From: Candidatus Methylomirabilota bacterium | GTDB taxonomy: Bacteria; Methylomirabilota; Methylomirabilia; Rokubacteriales; CSP1-6 | DNA: 64,000 nt | Reading direction: 5' to 3' | NCBI GenBank assembly: GCA_036506275.1 | Contig: DASXSB010000030.1 | Location: 46,683-110,682, forward strand | Part shown: positions 20,453 through 29,168 of the stretch, in pieces | How the letters are laid out: each line of letters starts with the position of its first letter | How positions within the stretch are numbered: the first letter of the stretch is position 1 | Notes under the pieces: generated by a model | Seen by the model: only the letters and a program-made list of their open reading frames with translations | The model's database searches: none | Told to the model about the DNA's origin: nothing | Position numbers and translations under genes: made by a program

Positions 20453-22843
20453 TCAGACGAGCGTGGCGATGCTCAGTTTCCCTCGCTTTCCAAGATCTTC
20501 CAGCGCGTAGTCGAGCATCTCTGACACCGCATCCACCAGGTGGAACGTCATCACGTCGCGCACAGCGATCGGCACGTCCTCGAGCAGGCTCTTCTCGTTC
20601 CGCCGCGGAAGAATCACGGTGCGAACGCCGGCCCGGTGTGCCGCCAGTACCTTCTCTTTGATTCCACCGACGGGTAGCACTCGCCCGGACAGGCTGACTT
20701 CTCCGGTCATCGCGACTCCGGGCCGAACCGGTCGCCCCGTGAGCAGCGACGCGATCGCGGCCGTCATGGTCACGCCGGCGGACGGACCGTCCTTCGGGAT
20801 CGCACCCGCGGGAACATGGACGTGGAGGTCCGATCGCTCCCAGAAGTCCGGCTCCACTCCGAGGTCATCCGCGTGTGCCCGCACCCAGGTGAGGGCGGCC
20901 TGCGCAGACTCCTTCATCACGTCGCCGAGCTGCCCCGTCAATGTGAGCGTGCGCTTGCCGGGCATCCGACTCGCTTCCACGAACAGGACATCGCCGCCGG
21001 CCGGGGTCCAGGCGAGCCCAACCGCCACCCCCGGCACCCGAGTCCGCTCCTCCACCTCCTCGAACTCGAAGCGCGGCACGCCGAGATACGACGTGACGAC
21101 GTCGGGCGTCACGGCGACGGGCTCCCCCTTGCCCTCCGCGCGCGCCCGCGCCACCTTGCGGCAGACGCCGGCGATCTCACGCTCGAGGTTCCGCACGCCT
21201 GCTTCTCGGGTGTAGCCGCGGGCAAGCAGACGCAGCGCCTCCGGCGTGAACGTGACGTCGACATCGACGGCGAGGCCGTGCTCGCACGCCTGCTTCGGCA
21301 CCAGATGCCGCTGGGCGATGGCGACCTTCTCCTCTTCGGTGTAGCCGGCGAGGTGAATGACTTCCATGCGGTCGCGCAAAGGGGCCGGGATGGCGTCCAC
21401 GACGTTGGCGGTCGTGATGAAGAGGACCTGCGAGAGGTCGAAGGCCACGTCGAGGTAGTGATCCCGGAAGGCCACGTTCTGCTCCGGATCGAGGACCTCC
21501 AGCAGGGCCGATGCCGGGTCACCCCGGAAATCCATGCCGAGCTTGTCGATCTCGTCGAGCATGAAGACGGGGTTGTTCGTGCCCGCCCGCCGGAGGCCCT
21601 GAATGATCTGGCCGGGGAGGGCGCCGATGTACGTGCGACGGTGGCCGCGAATCTCGGCCTCGTCGCGCATGCCGCCCAGCGAGATGCGATGGAACTTCCG
21701 TCCCATCGCCCGCGCGATCGATCGCCCCAGCGACGTCTTGCCCACGCCGGGAGGTCCCACGAAGCAGAGAATCGGATCCTTCCCCGAGGGGCGGATCTTC
21801 TTCACGGCCAGGTATTCGAGGATGCGGTCCTTGATCTTTTCCAGGCCCTGATGATCGACGTCGAGGATGTCGCGCGCGGTGTCCAGCTCGACGGCATCCG
21901 TGGTCTGCTGCTTCCACGGCATCGTCACCAGCCAGTCGATATAGGTGCGCGCCACCGTGTACTCGGCGGCGGCGGGTGGCATCTTCGTGAGCCGATCCAG
22001 CTCGCGGAGCGCCTCCTTCTTCGCCTCTTCCGACATCCCGACCGCGTCGATCTTCTCGCGGAGGTCGTCCAGTTCCTGCGTGCGCTCGTCTCCGTCGCCG
22101 AGCTCCTTCTGGATCGCCTTCAGCTGCTCACGGAGGTAGTATTCGCGCTGCGTCTTCGACATCTCTGACTGGACCTCGGACTGGATTTTCGACCCCAGCT
22201 CGAGGACCTCGACTTCTTTGCCCAGCGCCACCACGAGCTTCTGCAGCCGCTCGCGGACGTCGATCGTCTCCAGGAGCTCTTGCTTCACCTCGAGGGGCAG
22301 CGACGTCAGCGATGCCGCCACGAGATCGGCGAGGGCGCCCGGGGTCGACGAGGTATCGGCCGCGATCGCGACCTGATCCGGCAGCGTGGGCGACAGCGCC
22401 ACCACCTTGTGGAAAAGCGTCGTCACGCTGCGCATGAGCGCCTGCGACTCCACGTCGGCCTTCGCATCTTCGTCGTCCGCGATCGCTTCGATACGGGCGC
22501 GGAGGAACGGCTGCTCCTCGATCACGTCGATGATCCGGAAGCGCCCGAGGCCCTGCACGACGAGCCGGAGACTGCCGTCGGGCTGCTTGAGCGCCTTGTG
22601 CACGACCGTGAGCGTCCCGATCGGATGCAGTCCCGCCTGCGTGGGCGCCTCCTCGGAAGCGTCGCGTTGGGTGACGGCGCCGATGAGGCGGCCGCTCTGC
22701 ACCGCGTCTTCGATCAACCGCACCGACGACGCACGTCCCGCCGCCAGGGGTAACACCGAATGGGGAAAGAGCACGCTGCCACGGAGGGGCAGGATGCCCA
22801 AGATCTCGGGGATGCGGACTTCTTTCTCGTCGGCCATCGCCAC
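20453..22843 (-). CDS. lon: ATP-dependent protease Lon
   Basis: The Lon N-domain (LPLRGSVLFPHSVLPL) is present. AAA+ Walker A GPPGVGKTSLG is present. The C-terminal protease domain carries the catalytic PKDGPSAG motif. Confidence 0.9.
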   Translation of the reverse strand: MAMADEKEVRIPEILGILPLRGSVLFPHSVLPLAAGRASSVRLIEDAVQSGRLIGAVTQRDASEEAPTQAGLHPIGTLTVVHKALKQPDGSLRLVVQGLGRFRIIDVIEEQPFLRARIEAIADDEDAKADVESQALMRSVTTLFHKVVALSPTLPDQVAIAADTSSTPGALADLVAASLTSLPLEVKQELLETIDVRERLQKLVVALGKEVEVLELGSKIQSEVQSEMSKTQREYYLREQLKAIQKELGDGDERTQELDDLREKIDAVGMSEEAKKEALRELDRLTKMPPAAAEYTVARTYIDWLVTMPWKQQTTDAVELDTARDILDVDHQGLEKIKDRILEYLAVKKIRPSGKDPILCFVGPPGVGKTSLGRSIARAMGRKFHRISLGGMRDEAEIRGHRRTYIGALPGQIIQGLRRAGTNNPVFMLDEIDKLGMDFRGDPASALLEVLDPEQNVAFRDHYLDVAFDLSQVLFITTANVVDAIPAPLRDRMEVIHLAGYTEEEKVAIAQRHLVPKQACEHGLAVDVDVTFTPEALRLLARGYTREAGVRNLEREIAGVCRKVARARAEGKGEPVAVTPDVVTSYLGVPRFEFEEVEERTRVPGVAVGLAWTPAGGDVLFVEASRMPGKRTLTLTGQLGDVMKESAQAALTWVRAHADDLGVEPDFWERSDLHVHVPAGAIPKDGPSAGVTMTAAIASLLTGRPVRPGVAMTGEVSLSGRVLPVGGIKEKVLAAHRAGVRTVILPRRNEKSLLEDVPIAVRDVMTFHLVDAVSEMLDYALEDLGKRGKLSIATLV

Positions 22844-22853
22844 GTTCGCCTCC

Positions 22854-23240
22854 TCAGAACAAATCGACGGGCTTGAGCTGGCCCGATGCCGCCCGCACCA
22901 GCGCCTCCCGCGGCCCGCGGGCGTCGGGCACCGCCGCCTCGCCGCCGGTCTCGCGGACGTACGTCACCAGGTCCTCGATCTGTTTCTGCATCTCGATCAT
23001 CCGGCGCCTCATCTTTAGGACGATTTCTACGCCGGCGAGATTCACACCGAGGTCTCGCGTCAGCCGGATGAGCCGCGCGAGCTCCTCCACGTCCTCCGGG
23101 GAGTACATGCGTGTGCGCCCGACCGTGCGGCTCGGCCGCAGCAGGCCCTTCTTCTCGTAGAACCGCAACGTCTGGGGATGGACTTTGAGCATCTCCGCCA
23201 CGACGCCGATCATGTAGAGCGGCTTGGCGCGGTCGTTCAC
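22854..23240 (-). CDS. hspR: MerR-family heat-shock repressor HspR
   Basis: MerR HTH YMIGVVAEMLKVHPQTLRFYEKKGLLRP. It sits immediately after dnaK and dnaJ. GTG start overlaps the dnaJ stop. Confidence 0.75.
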   Translation of the reverse strand: MNDRAKPLYMIGVVAEMLKVHPQTLRFYEKKGLLRPSRTVGRTRMYSPEDVEELARLIRLTRDLGVNLAGVEIVLKMRRRMIEMQKQIEDLVTYVRETGGEAAVPDARGPREALVRAASGQLKPVDLF

Positions 23241-24121
23241 GAAGCGCCTCCGTTGTAGCGCTCGAGGCCGGTGCGCGGCGCCATCGGCGCCAGCCGCTCG
23301 AGCTCTCGCACCAGTTCATCGGTCCGCGCGTCGAGATTGTCCGGCATGTGAACCCTGACCGTGACGTAGAGGTCCCCGTTGCCCTCCCCCGACAGCTTGG
23401 GCAGACCCTGGCCCCGAAGGCGGAACGCCTGCCCGCCCGGCGTCCCGGGCGGCACGACGAGCACGGTTTCCCCGCGCGGGGTCGGAATGCGCACGCGCGC
23501 ACCCCGCAACGCTTCCCATACCGTGATCGGCGCCTCGCAGTGCACGCTGTCACCCTTCCGGGTGAAGAACGGGTGCTCCGCCACGCGCGTGCTGATGATG
23601 AGGTCACCGCGGGGAGCACCGAACGGTCCCGCGTTGCCCTCACCGTCGATCCGGACCTGGACGCCGGAATCCACGCCGGGAGGAACCATGATCTGCACCG
23701 CTTCGCTCGTCCGGCGGACACCGCGGCCGAGACAGATCTCGCAGCGGGCGCCGGCCGCGGCTCCCGTCGCCATGCATCCGTCGCACGGCGAGAATCGTGT
23801 CACCGTGAGGGCGCGTTCAACGCCGCGCACGACCTCGTCGAAGCTGAGCTCGATGGCCACGTGGAGGTCGTCGCCGCGGCGTCCGGCGCCGAGAGAGGGG
23901 CCGCCGGGCACTCCGAGGTGGTCGTACATCGAGCGCGCCCGCGGATCGCTCAGAACGCGATAGGCTTCCGCGATCTCCTCGAAGAGCGAGCGCGCCCCTT
24001 CGTCCCAGAAATTCACATCGGGCGAGTACTGCCGCGCGAGCCGCCGGTACGCCTGACGGATCTCGCGCGGCCCCGCCGTGGCCGCGATGCCAAGGACGGC
24101 GTAGTAATCGCGGCGCATCAT
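23237..24121 (-). CDS. dnaJ: DnaJ-class co-chaperone (CbpA-like; J domain, truncated 2-repeat zinc finger, C-terminal substrate domain)
   Basis: The J domain with HPD (DYYAVLGI...RQYSPDVN) is present. Only two CxxCxG repeats are present (CDGCMATG, CEICLGRG). It is 294 aa long. Confidence 0.8.
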   Translation of the reverse strand: MMRRDYYAVLGIAATAGPREIRQAYRRLARQYSPDVNFWDEGARSLFEEIAEAYRVLSDPRARSMYDHLGVPGGPSLGAGRRGDDLHVAIELSFDEVVRGVERALTVTRFSPCDGCMATGAAAGARCEICLGRGVRRTSEAVQIMVPPGVDSGVQVRIDGEGNAGPFGAPRGDLIISTRVAEHPFFTRKGDSVHCEAPITVWEALRGARVRIPTPRGETVLVVPPGTPGGQAFRLRGQGLPKLSGEGNGDLYVTVRVHMPDNLDARTDELVRELERLAPMAPRTGLERYNGGAS

Positions 24122-24123
24122 TC

Positions 24124-26043
24124 TTACTTCTTCTTCTCTCCGAGGTCCTCGAACTCCGCGTCCACGACCTCGCCTTCCTTGGGACCCGTGGTGCCGGCGC
24201 CCGGTGACGGTCTGTTGCCGGCGCCACCCGGGGCCGATCCCGCCTGGGCCTCGCGGTACATCGCCTCCGCGAGCTTGTGGGCGGCCGTCTGCAGTCGCTC
24301 CTGAGCCTGCTTCATGCGATTGATGTCCTCGCCCTTCAGCGCCTCGCGGGCTTCCGACATCGCGTCGTCGATCGCCTTTCGGTCGGCCTCGGCGAGCTTC
24401 GATCCGTGCTCACTGAGCGTCCGCTCCGTGGAATAGACGAGGGAGTCGGTCTGATTGCGAACCTCGATCTCTTCCTTGCGCCGGGTATCCTCGGCGGCGT
24501 TCGACGCCGCGTCCTTCACCATCCGGTCGATCTCGTCCTTGGTGAGGCCGGAGGAGGCGGTGATGGTGATGTTCTGTTGCTTGCCGGTGGCGGTGTCCTT
24601 GGCCGACACGTTCAGGATCCCGTTGGCGTCGATGTCGAACGTCACCTCTACTTGAGGGACGCCCCGCGGCGCCGGCGGAATACCCACGAGATGGAACTTG
24701 CCGAGGGTCCGGTTGTCGCGCGCCATGGGCCGCTCGCCCTGGAGGACGTGCACCTCGACCGACGTCTGGTTGTCGGCGGCGGTCGTGAACACTTCGCTCT
24801 TCTTGGTGGGAATCGTGGTGTTGCGTGTGATGAGCGTCGTCATCACGCCCCCCAACGTCTCGATGCCGAGGGAGAGCGGCGTGACGTCGAGCAGAAGCAG
24901 ATCCTTCACCTCGCCGGTGAGGACGGCTCCCTGCACGGCGGCGCCGATGGCGACGACCTCGTCCGGGTTCACCCCTTTGTGGGGTTCGCGCGCGAAGAGG
25001 GTCTTCACTGCTTCCTGCACCTTCGGCATGCGCGTCTGGCCACCCACGAGGATGACCTCGTCGATGTCCTTCGCGGTCACGCTCGCGTCCTGCATGGCCT
25101 GCCGGCACGGCCCCAGCGTGCGGTCGATCAGATCCGCCGTGAGCGCCTCCAGCTTGGCGCGCGTGAGCGTCAGCACGAGGTGCTTCGGACCACTGGCGTC
25201 GGCGGTAATGAACGGCAGGTTGATCTCCGTCTGGACCGTCGTCGACAGCTCCATCTTCGCCTTTTCCCCGGCTTCCTTGAGACGCTGCAGCGCCATCCGG
25301 TCCTTGCGGAGGTCGATGCCGTTTTCCCGCTTGAATTCCTCGGCGATCCAATCCATCACACGCTGGTCGAAATCGTCACCGCCGAGATGGGTGTCGCCGT
25401 TGGTCGCCTTGACCTCGAACACCCCCTCGCCGATCTCGAGCACCGAAATGTCGAAGGTGCCGCCGCCGAGGTCATAGACGGCGATGGTCTCGTCCTTCTT
25501 CTTGTCGAGGCCGTAGGCAAGCGACGCCGCCGTGGGCTCGTTGATGATCCGGAGGACCTCGAGACCGGCGATCTTGCCGGCATCCTTGGTGGCCTGCCGC
25601 TGGCTGTCGTTGAAGTAGGCGGGCACCGTGATGACCGCCTGCGTGACCTTCTCGCCGAGATACGCCTCCGCCGCTTCCTTGAGCTTGCGAAGGATCATCG
25701 CCGAGATCTCGGGCGGCGAATACTGCTTGCCCCGGATCTCGACCCGCGCGTCGCCGTTCGCGGCCTTCACGACCTTGTAGGGGACGAGCTTCTGCTCCTG
25801 CAGCGTCTCGTCGTAGCGACGACCCATGAACCGCTTGATCGAGAACACGGTGTTCTCGGGGTTCGTGATCGCCTGGCGCTTGGCCACCTGCCCGACGAGG
25901 ATCTCGCCGTCCTTGGTGAAGCCGACGACCGACGGCGTGAGGCGACTGCCCTCCTGATTCGCGATCACCGTCGGATTGCCGCCTTCAACCACTGACACGA
26001 CGGAGTTCGTCGTCCCGAGGTCAATGCCGATCACCTTCGCCAT
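24124..26043 (-). CDS. dnaK: Molecular chaperone DnaK (Hsp70)
   Basis: [18 protein letters not shown] ... [13 protein letters not shown] ... [14 protein letters not shown] are canonical Hsp70 signatures. The C-terminal tail ends EEVD-like. Confidence 0.95.
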   Translation of the reverse strand: MAKVIGIDLGTTNSVVSVVEGGNPTVIANQEGSRLTPSVVGFTKDGEILVGQVAKRQAITNPENTVFSIKRFMGRRYDETLQEQKLVPYKVVKAANGDARVEIRGKQYSPPEISAMILRKLKEAAEAYLGEKVTQAVITVPAYFNDSQRQATKDAGKIAGLEVLRIINEPTAASLAYGLDKKKDETIAVYDLGGGTFDISVLEIGEGVFEVKATNGDTHLGGDDFDQRVMDWIAEEFKRENGIDLRKDRMALQRLKEAGEKAKMELSTTVQTEINLPFITADASGPKHLVLTLTRAKLEALTADLIDRTLGPCRQAMQDASVTAKDIDEVILVGGQTRMPKVQEAVKTLFAREPHKGVNPDEVVAIGAAVQGAVLTGEVKDLLLLDVTPLSLGIETLGGVMTTLITRNTTIPTKKSEVFTTAADNQTSVEVHVLQGERPMARDNRTLGKFHLVGIPPAPRGVPQVEVTFDIDANGILNVSAKDTATGKQQNITITASSGLTKDEIDRMVKDAASNAAEDTRRKEEIEVRNQTDSLVYSTERTLSEHGSKLAEADRKAIDDAMSEAREALKGEDINRMKQAQERLQTAAHKLAEAMYREAQAGSAPGGAGNRPSPGAGTTGPKEGEVVDAEFEDLGEKKK

Positions 26044-26108
26044 GTGGAACTCCCTTCCTTGATGAGGAGGGGCGGCGACGGGCGCCGCCGCCCCCGTGGT
26101 CCGTCGAC

Positions 26109-26582
26109 CTAGAGAACGTCGACCTTGATCTGCTTCGGCTTCACTTCCTCGGCCTTCGGAAGCCGTACTTCGAGAACACCATCCCGGTAGTTCGCCTTCA
26201 CCTTGTCCGGCTGGACGGGCACCGGCAACGGGATGTTCCGCTCGAACTTTCCGTACGTCCGCTCCACGCGGTAGAAGCTGCCATCGTCCGCCTCGTGGCC
26301 GAACTGGCGCTCGCCGCGCACCGTGAGCAGGTCGCCCGTGATCGAGACGTTGATCTCCTTCTCGCGAACCCCGGGGACTTCGAAGGTCACCACCAAGTCA
26401 TCCTTCGTCTCGTAGAGATCGACGGCGGGCGCCCAGCCGCGCTCCATCGCCGCGCCGGTCGAGGCGGGACGACCGAAGAAACTATCGAAGAGACGGTTCA
26501 CCTCGCCCTGGATGTCGGTCACGTTACGGAAGGGCTCCCACCGTTCCGCCGCACCGAAGGGTCGCCAACGCTCCACTGCCAT
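26109..26582 (-). CDS. Small heat-shock protein (Hsp20/alpha-crystallin family)
   Basis: The alpha-crystallin domain reads [41 protein letters not shown]. Confidence 0.9.
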   Translation of the reverse strand: MAVERWRPFGAAERWEPFRNVTDIQGEVNRLFDSFFGRPASTGAAMERGWAPAVDLYETKDDLVVTFEVPGVREKEINVSITGDLLTVRGERQFGHEADDGSFYRVERTYGKFERNIPLPVPVQPDKVKANYRDGVLEVRLPKAEEVKPKQIKVDVL

Positions 26583-26639
26583 ATCTGTCTCCTCCTGTCA
26601 CCGCCGGCCTCCCTGCCGGCCAGTATTGAGTACGTGCTT

Positions 26640-26668
26640 CTTATATCAGGTGAGTGTTGTCATGTCAA
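26640..26668 (-). promoter_or_regulatory. Strong sigma-70-type promoter TTGACA-N17-TATAAG driving hsp20 (and probably dnaK-dnaJ-hspR-lon)
   Basis: Minus strand: ATTGACATGACAACACTCACCTGATATAAGAAG, about 55 nt upstream of the hsp20 ATG, with RBS AGGAGGAG. Confidence 0.5.
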
Positions 26669-26706
26669 TCCTGGCCAGAAACCATTGTATTCATGGTGGT
26701 TGAGCC

Positions 26707-27381
26707 GTGGATGCTACCCTCCCCCCCGTGAGGCTTGGCTGCGGTTGCCTTGGCGTCGTCGTCCTTTTGGTGGCCGCCACCGGTCTCGGTGGGGGGGCGT
26801 GGGTAGCGTCACGTCTGCTCCAACGACCGGCCGATGTCCCGCTGGCGGGCTCGCCGGCCGACGGCCAGCGTGCGCAGCAGAAGATCTATGAGATGGGGCG
26901 GGCGAGCCGGTCTGCGCCGCACGGCGCGGAGGCGATCGTGATCACGGAGGCCGAACTCAACGCGTTTCTCTCACGGCACGTGATCGACGCCGTCGACGTT
27001 CCTCTCACCGACCTTGCCGTCCGCATGGTCGGTGGCGATGGCGTGCAGATCTATGGTCGCACCACGCTGCGCGGCGTCCTCGCGGACCCTCCGCTCTCGA
27101 ACGCGATCGCCGCCCTGCCCGCACGCTGGCAACGACAGAACATCTGGCTACGCTTCGACGGCACGGTGCGGGTGGAAGCGGCGACGAACGGCAAAGGACG
27201 GATGCTGCGGATCGATCTCGATCGACTGTGGGTCGGGCGTCAGCCGCTGCCGGCGGTGTGCGCGCGCCTCGCCTTCGATCCCGCGGTGCTGGCACTGCTG
27301 CGGTGGCGAGTGCCGGCGCGACTGGAAACGGTTTCGATCGAGCCGGGGCGCGCGATCATCCGGCCAGCTTCCGCGCGCTGA
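26707..27381 (+). CDS. Hypothetical membrane-anchored protein (one N-terminal TM, 224 aa)
   Basis: GTG start. N-terminal TM LGCGCLGVVVLLVAATGLGG is followed by a soluble domain with no motif I can name. Coding-like composition. Divergent from the hsp20 promoter. Confidence 0.5.
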   Translation: MDATLPPVRLGCGCLGVVVLLVAATGLGGGAWVASRLLQRPADVPLAGSPADGQRAQQKIYEMGRASRSAPHGAEAIVITEAELNAFLSRHVIDAVDVPLTDLAVRMVGGDGVQIYGRTTLRGVLADPPLSNAIAALPARWQRQNIWLRFDGTVRVEAATNGKGRMLRIDLDRLWVGRQPLPAVCARLAFDPAVLALLRWRVPARLETVSIEPGRAIIRPASAR

Positions 27382-27769
27382 CGTAGCGGACTTGCAGGTC
27401 ATAGATGATCTGGTCCAGGATCCGTGTCTCCTCCGGTGTTCGATTGCCTTGTGTCTTCTCCCGGAGGAGGATCAGCAGCTCGATGGCGTCGGTCGCCTGC
27501 TCGAGATCGCGGCGGACGTGTCCGGTAAGAGGATCGGGCGCGGCGCCCATGCCGACCACGGCCGAGCTCGCCAGCATCATGAACAGGCCCGCGAGACTGC
27601 GATCCGCGCCCGACTCTGCTGTCGCTTCCGAGGGCCGGGACGCCGGTGTCTCCGCCGACCGTGACGCGGTGGGCTCCGCCGACCGCGACGCCGTGGGCGC
27701 CGTCGCGTCCTCGGCGTCATCCCGACGGCGTCGATCGGTGACTTTGAAGCTGTCTTCAGAATCGGACAT
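27356..27769 (-). CDS. DUF1844-family protein
   Basis: The N-terminal FKVTDRRR is followed by a low-complexity acidic/Ala-Ser region. Then come the hydrophobic LAGLFMMLASSAVVGMG and the LLILLREKTQGNRTPEETRILDQIIYDLQVRYV motif typical of DUF1844. Confidence 0.7.
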   Translation of the reverse strand: MSDSEDSFKVTDRRRRDDAEDATAPTASRSAEPTASRSAETPASRPSEATAESGADRSLAGLFMMLASSAVVGMGAAPDPLTGHVRRDLEQATDAIELLILLREKTQGNRTPEETRILDQIIYDLQVRYVSARKLAG

Positions 27770-27829
27770 GCCGTGAGCCTAGCACACGCGAAAACCTCTG
27801 CTGTATACTGACTTGACCGTCACATAACC

Positions 27830-28627
27830 ATGTCGCCTCCTGGTGCCCTCTTTGACATGCTCGTCGAAGTCATGGCGCGACTCCGCGAGCCGGGGGGCTG
27901 CCCGTGGGATCGCGAACAGACACGCGTCTCTCTGAAACCGTATCTCGTCGAGGAAACCTACGAAGTCCTGGAAGCGATCGAAGCCGGCGATCCCCGCGCA
28001 TTGCGCGAAGAGCTCGGCGATCTCCTCTTCCAGGTCATCTTCCACTCCCGCATCGCGGACGAGCGGGGTGAATTTTCGATCACCGACGTCCTGCGCGCGC
28101 TTCACGACAAGATGGTTCATCGTCATCCTCACGTCTTCGGTGATGCGTCGGTCGCGAACGCCGCGGACGCGCTCGCGCAGTGGGAGACGATCAAACGGCG
28201 CGAGGGGGAGCGCGCAGGAACTCCCCGCTCCGCCATCGCCGGCGTCCCCCGCGCGCTTCCCTCTCTGATCCGAGCCCAGCGCTTGCAGAGCAAGGCCGCC
28301 CGCGTCCATTTCGATTGGCCCGACGCCGGCGCCGCCTGGGAGAAAGTCGAAGAGGAGATCGGCGAAGCGCGAGAGGCGCTCCGCGTGGGAGATCGCGCGC
28401 GTCTCGCCGACGAGCTGGGTGACGTCCTCTTTTCGCTGGTGAACGTGGCGCGGCTCTCTTCCCTCGACGCCGACGAGGTGCTGCGCGGTACCATCGAAAA
28501 GTTCGCGCGTCGCTTCACGGACATGGAAGCGGACCTGCGCGCGCGCGGACAGTCGGTGGAGAGCGCCTCCGTCGACGAGCGCGAGCGGGCGTGGGAGCTG
28601 GCCAAGGCAGCGGAGCGCCGCCCATGA
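27830..28627 (+). CDS. mazG: Nucleoside triphosphate pyrophosphohydrolase MazG (tandem MazG domains)
   Basis: Domain 1 reads CPWDREQT...EETYEVLEAI...ELGDLLFQV. Domain 2 reads EEIGEAREAL...ELGDVLFSLVNVAR. Confidence 0.85.
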   Translation: MSPPGALFDMLVEVMARLREPGGCPWDREQTRVSLKPYLVEETYEVLEAIEAGDPRALREELGDLLFQVIFHSRIADERGEFSITDVLRALHDKMVHRHPHVFGDASVANAADALAQWETIKRREGERAGTPRSAIAGVPRALPSLIRAQRLQSKAARVHFDWPDAGAAWEKVEEEIGEAREALRVGDRARLADELGDVLFSLVNVARLSSLDADEVLRGTIEKFARRFTDMEADLRARGQSVESASVDERERAWELAKAAERRP

Positions 28628-29160
28628 AGGTCAGGATCGGGCCCGGGACGATCGCCATCGAGCGCGGTGACATCACCGACGCCGAGGTCGACGCCATCGT
28701 GAACGCCGCCAACACGACCCTGGCCATGGGGGCGGGGGTAGCGGGCGCCATCAAGCGAAAGGGCGGCGTGATCATCGAGGAAGAGGCCATGCGGCAGGGT
28801 CCGGTGGAGGTCGGAGAAGCGGTCCTCACCACCGGCGGTAACCTCATCGCGACGCACGTCATCCACGCCGCCGTCATGGGCCCCGACCTGAAAACGGACG
28901 CCGACAAGATCGCGGCCACCACCCGCGGCATCCTCGCCCTCGCCGACAAGCATCGCATCACGTCGGTGGCCCTGCCTGCGCTCGGTACCGGCGTCGGTCA
29001 CGTTCCGCCCGCGGTATCGGCAGAGGCCATGCTGTCCGCGGTCGTGGCGCACCTCCGGCGCGGCCAGAGCACCCTGAAGCGCGTGGTGTTCGTCCTCTAC
29101 CAGGACGACGCCGAGAAGGCGTTCACGGACACGCTCCGACGGCTGAGCGGGACGAAGTAG
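28624..29160 (+). CDS. Macro-domain protein (ADP-ribose binding / O-acetyl-ADP-ribose deacetylase-like, YmdB-like)
   Basis: Track ORF 28591..; start at M12 (MKVRIGPGTIAIERGDITDAEVDAIVNAANTTLAMGAGVAGAI). The ATG overlaps the mazG stop (ATGA). GDITD...NAAN...GGGVAGAI is the macro signature. Confidence 0.85.
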   Translation: MKVRIGPGTIAIERGDITDAEVDAIVNAANTTLAMGAGVAGAIKRKGGVIIEEEAMRQGPVEVGEAVLTTGGNLIATHVIHAAVMGPDLKTDADKIAATTRGILALADKHRITSVALPALGTGVGHVPPAVSAEAMLSAVVAHLRRGQSTLKRVVFVLYQDDAEKAFTDTLRRLSGTK

Positions 29161-29168
29161 CGGGCGCG

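Noticed and set aside
26583-26706. Search for HspR HAIR (CTTGAGT-N7-ACTCAAG) or HrcA CIRCE (TTAGCACTC-N9-GAGTGCTAA) upstream of hsp20/dnaK
   Set aside because: Only direct TGAGT half-sites and short GC hairpins are present, with no inverted repeat matching either consensus. Reported as absent or atypical rather than called.
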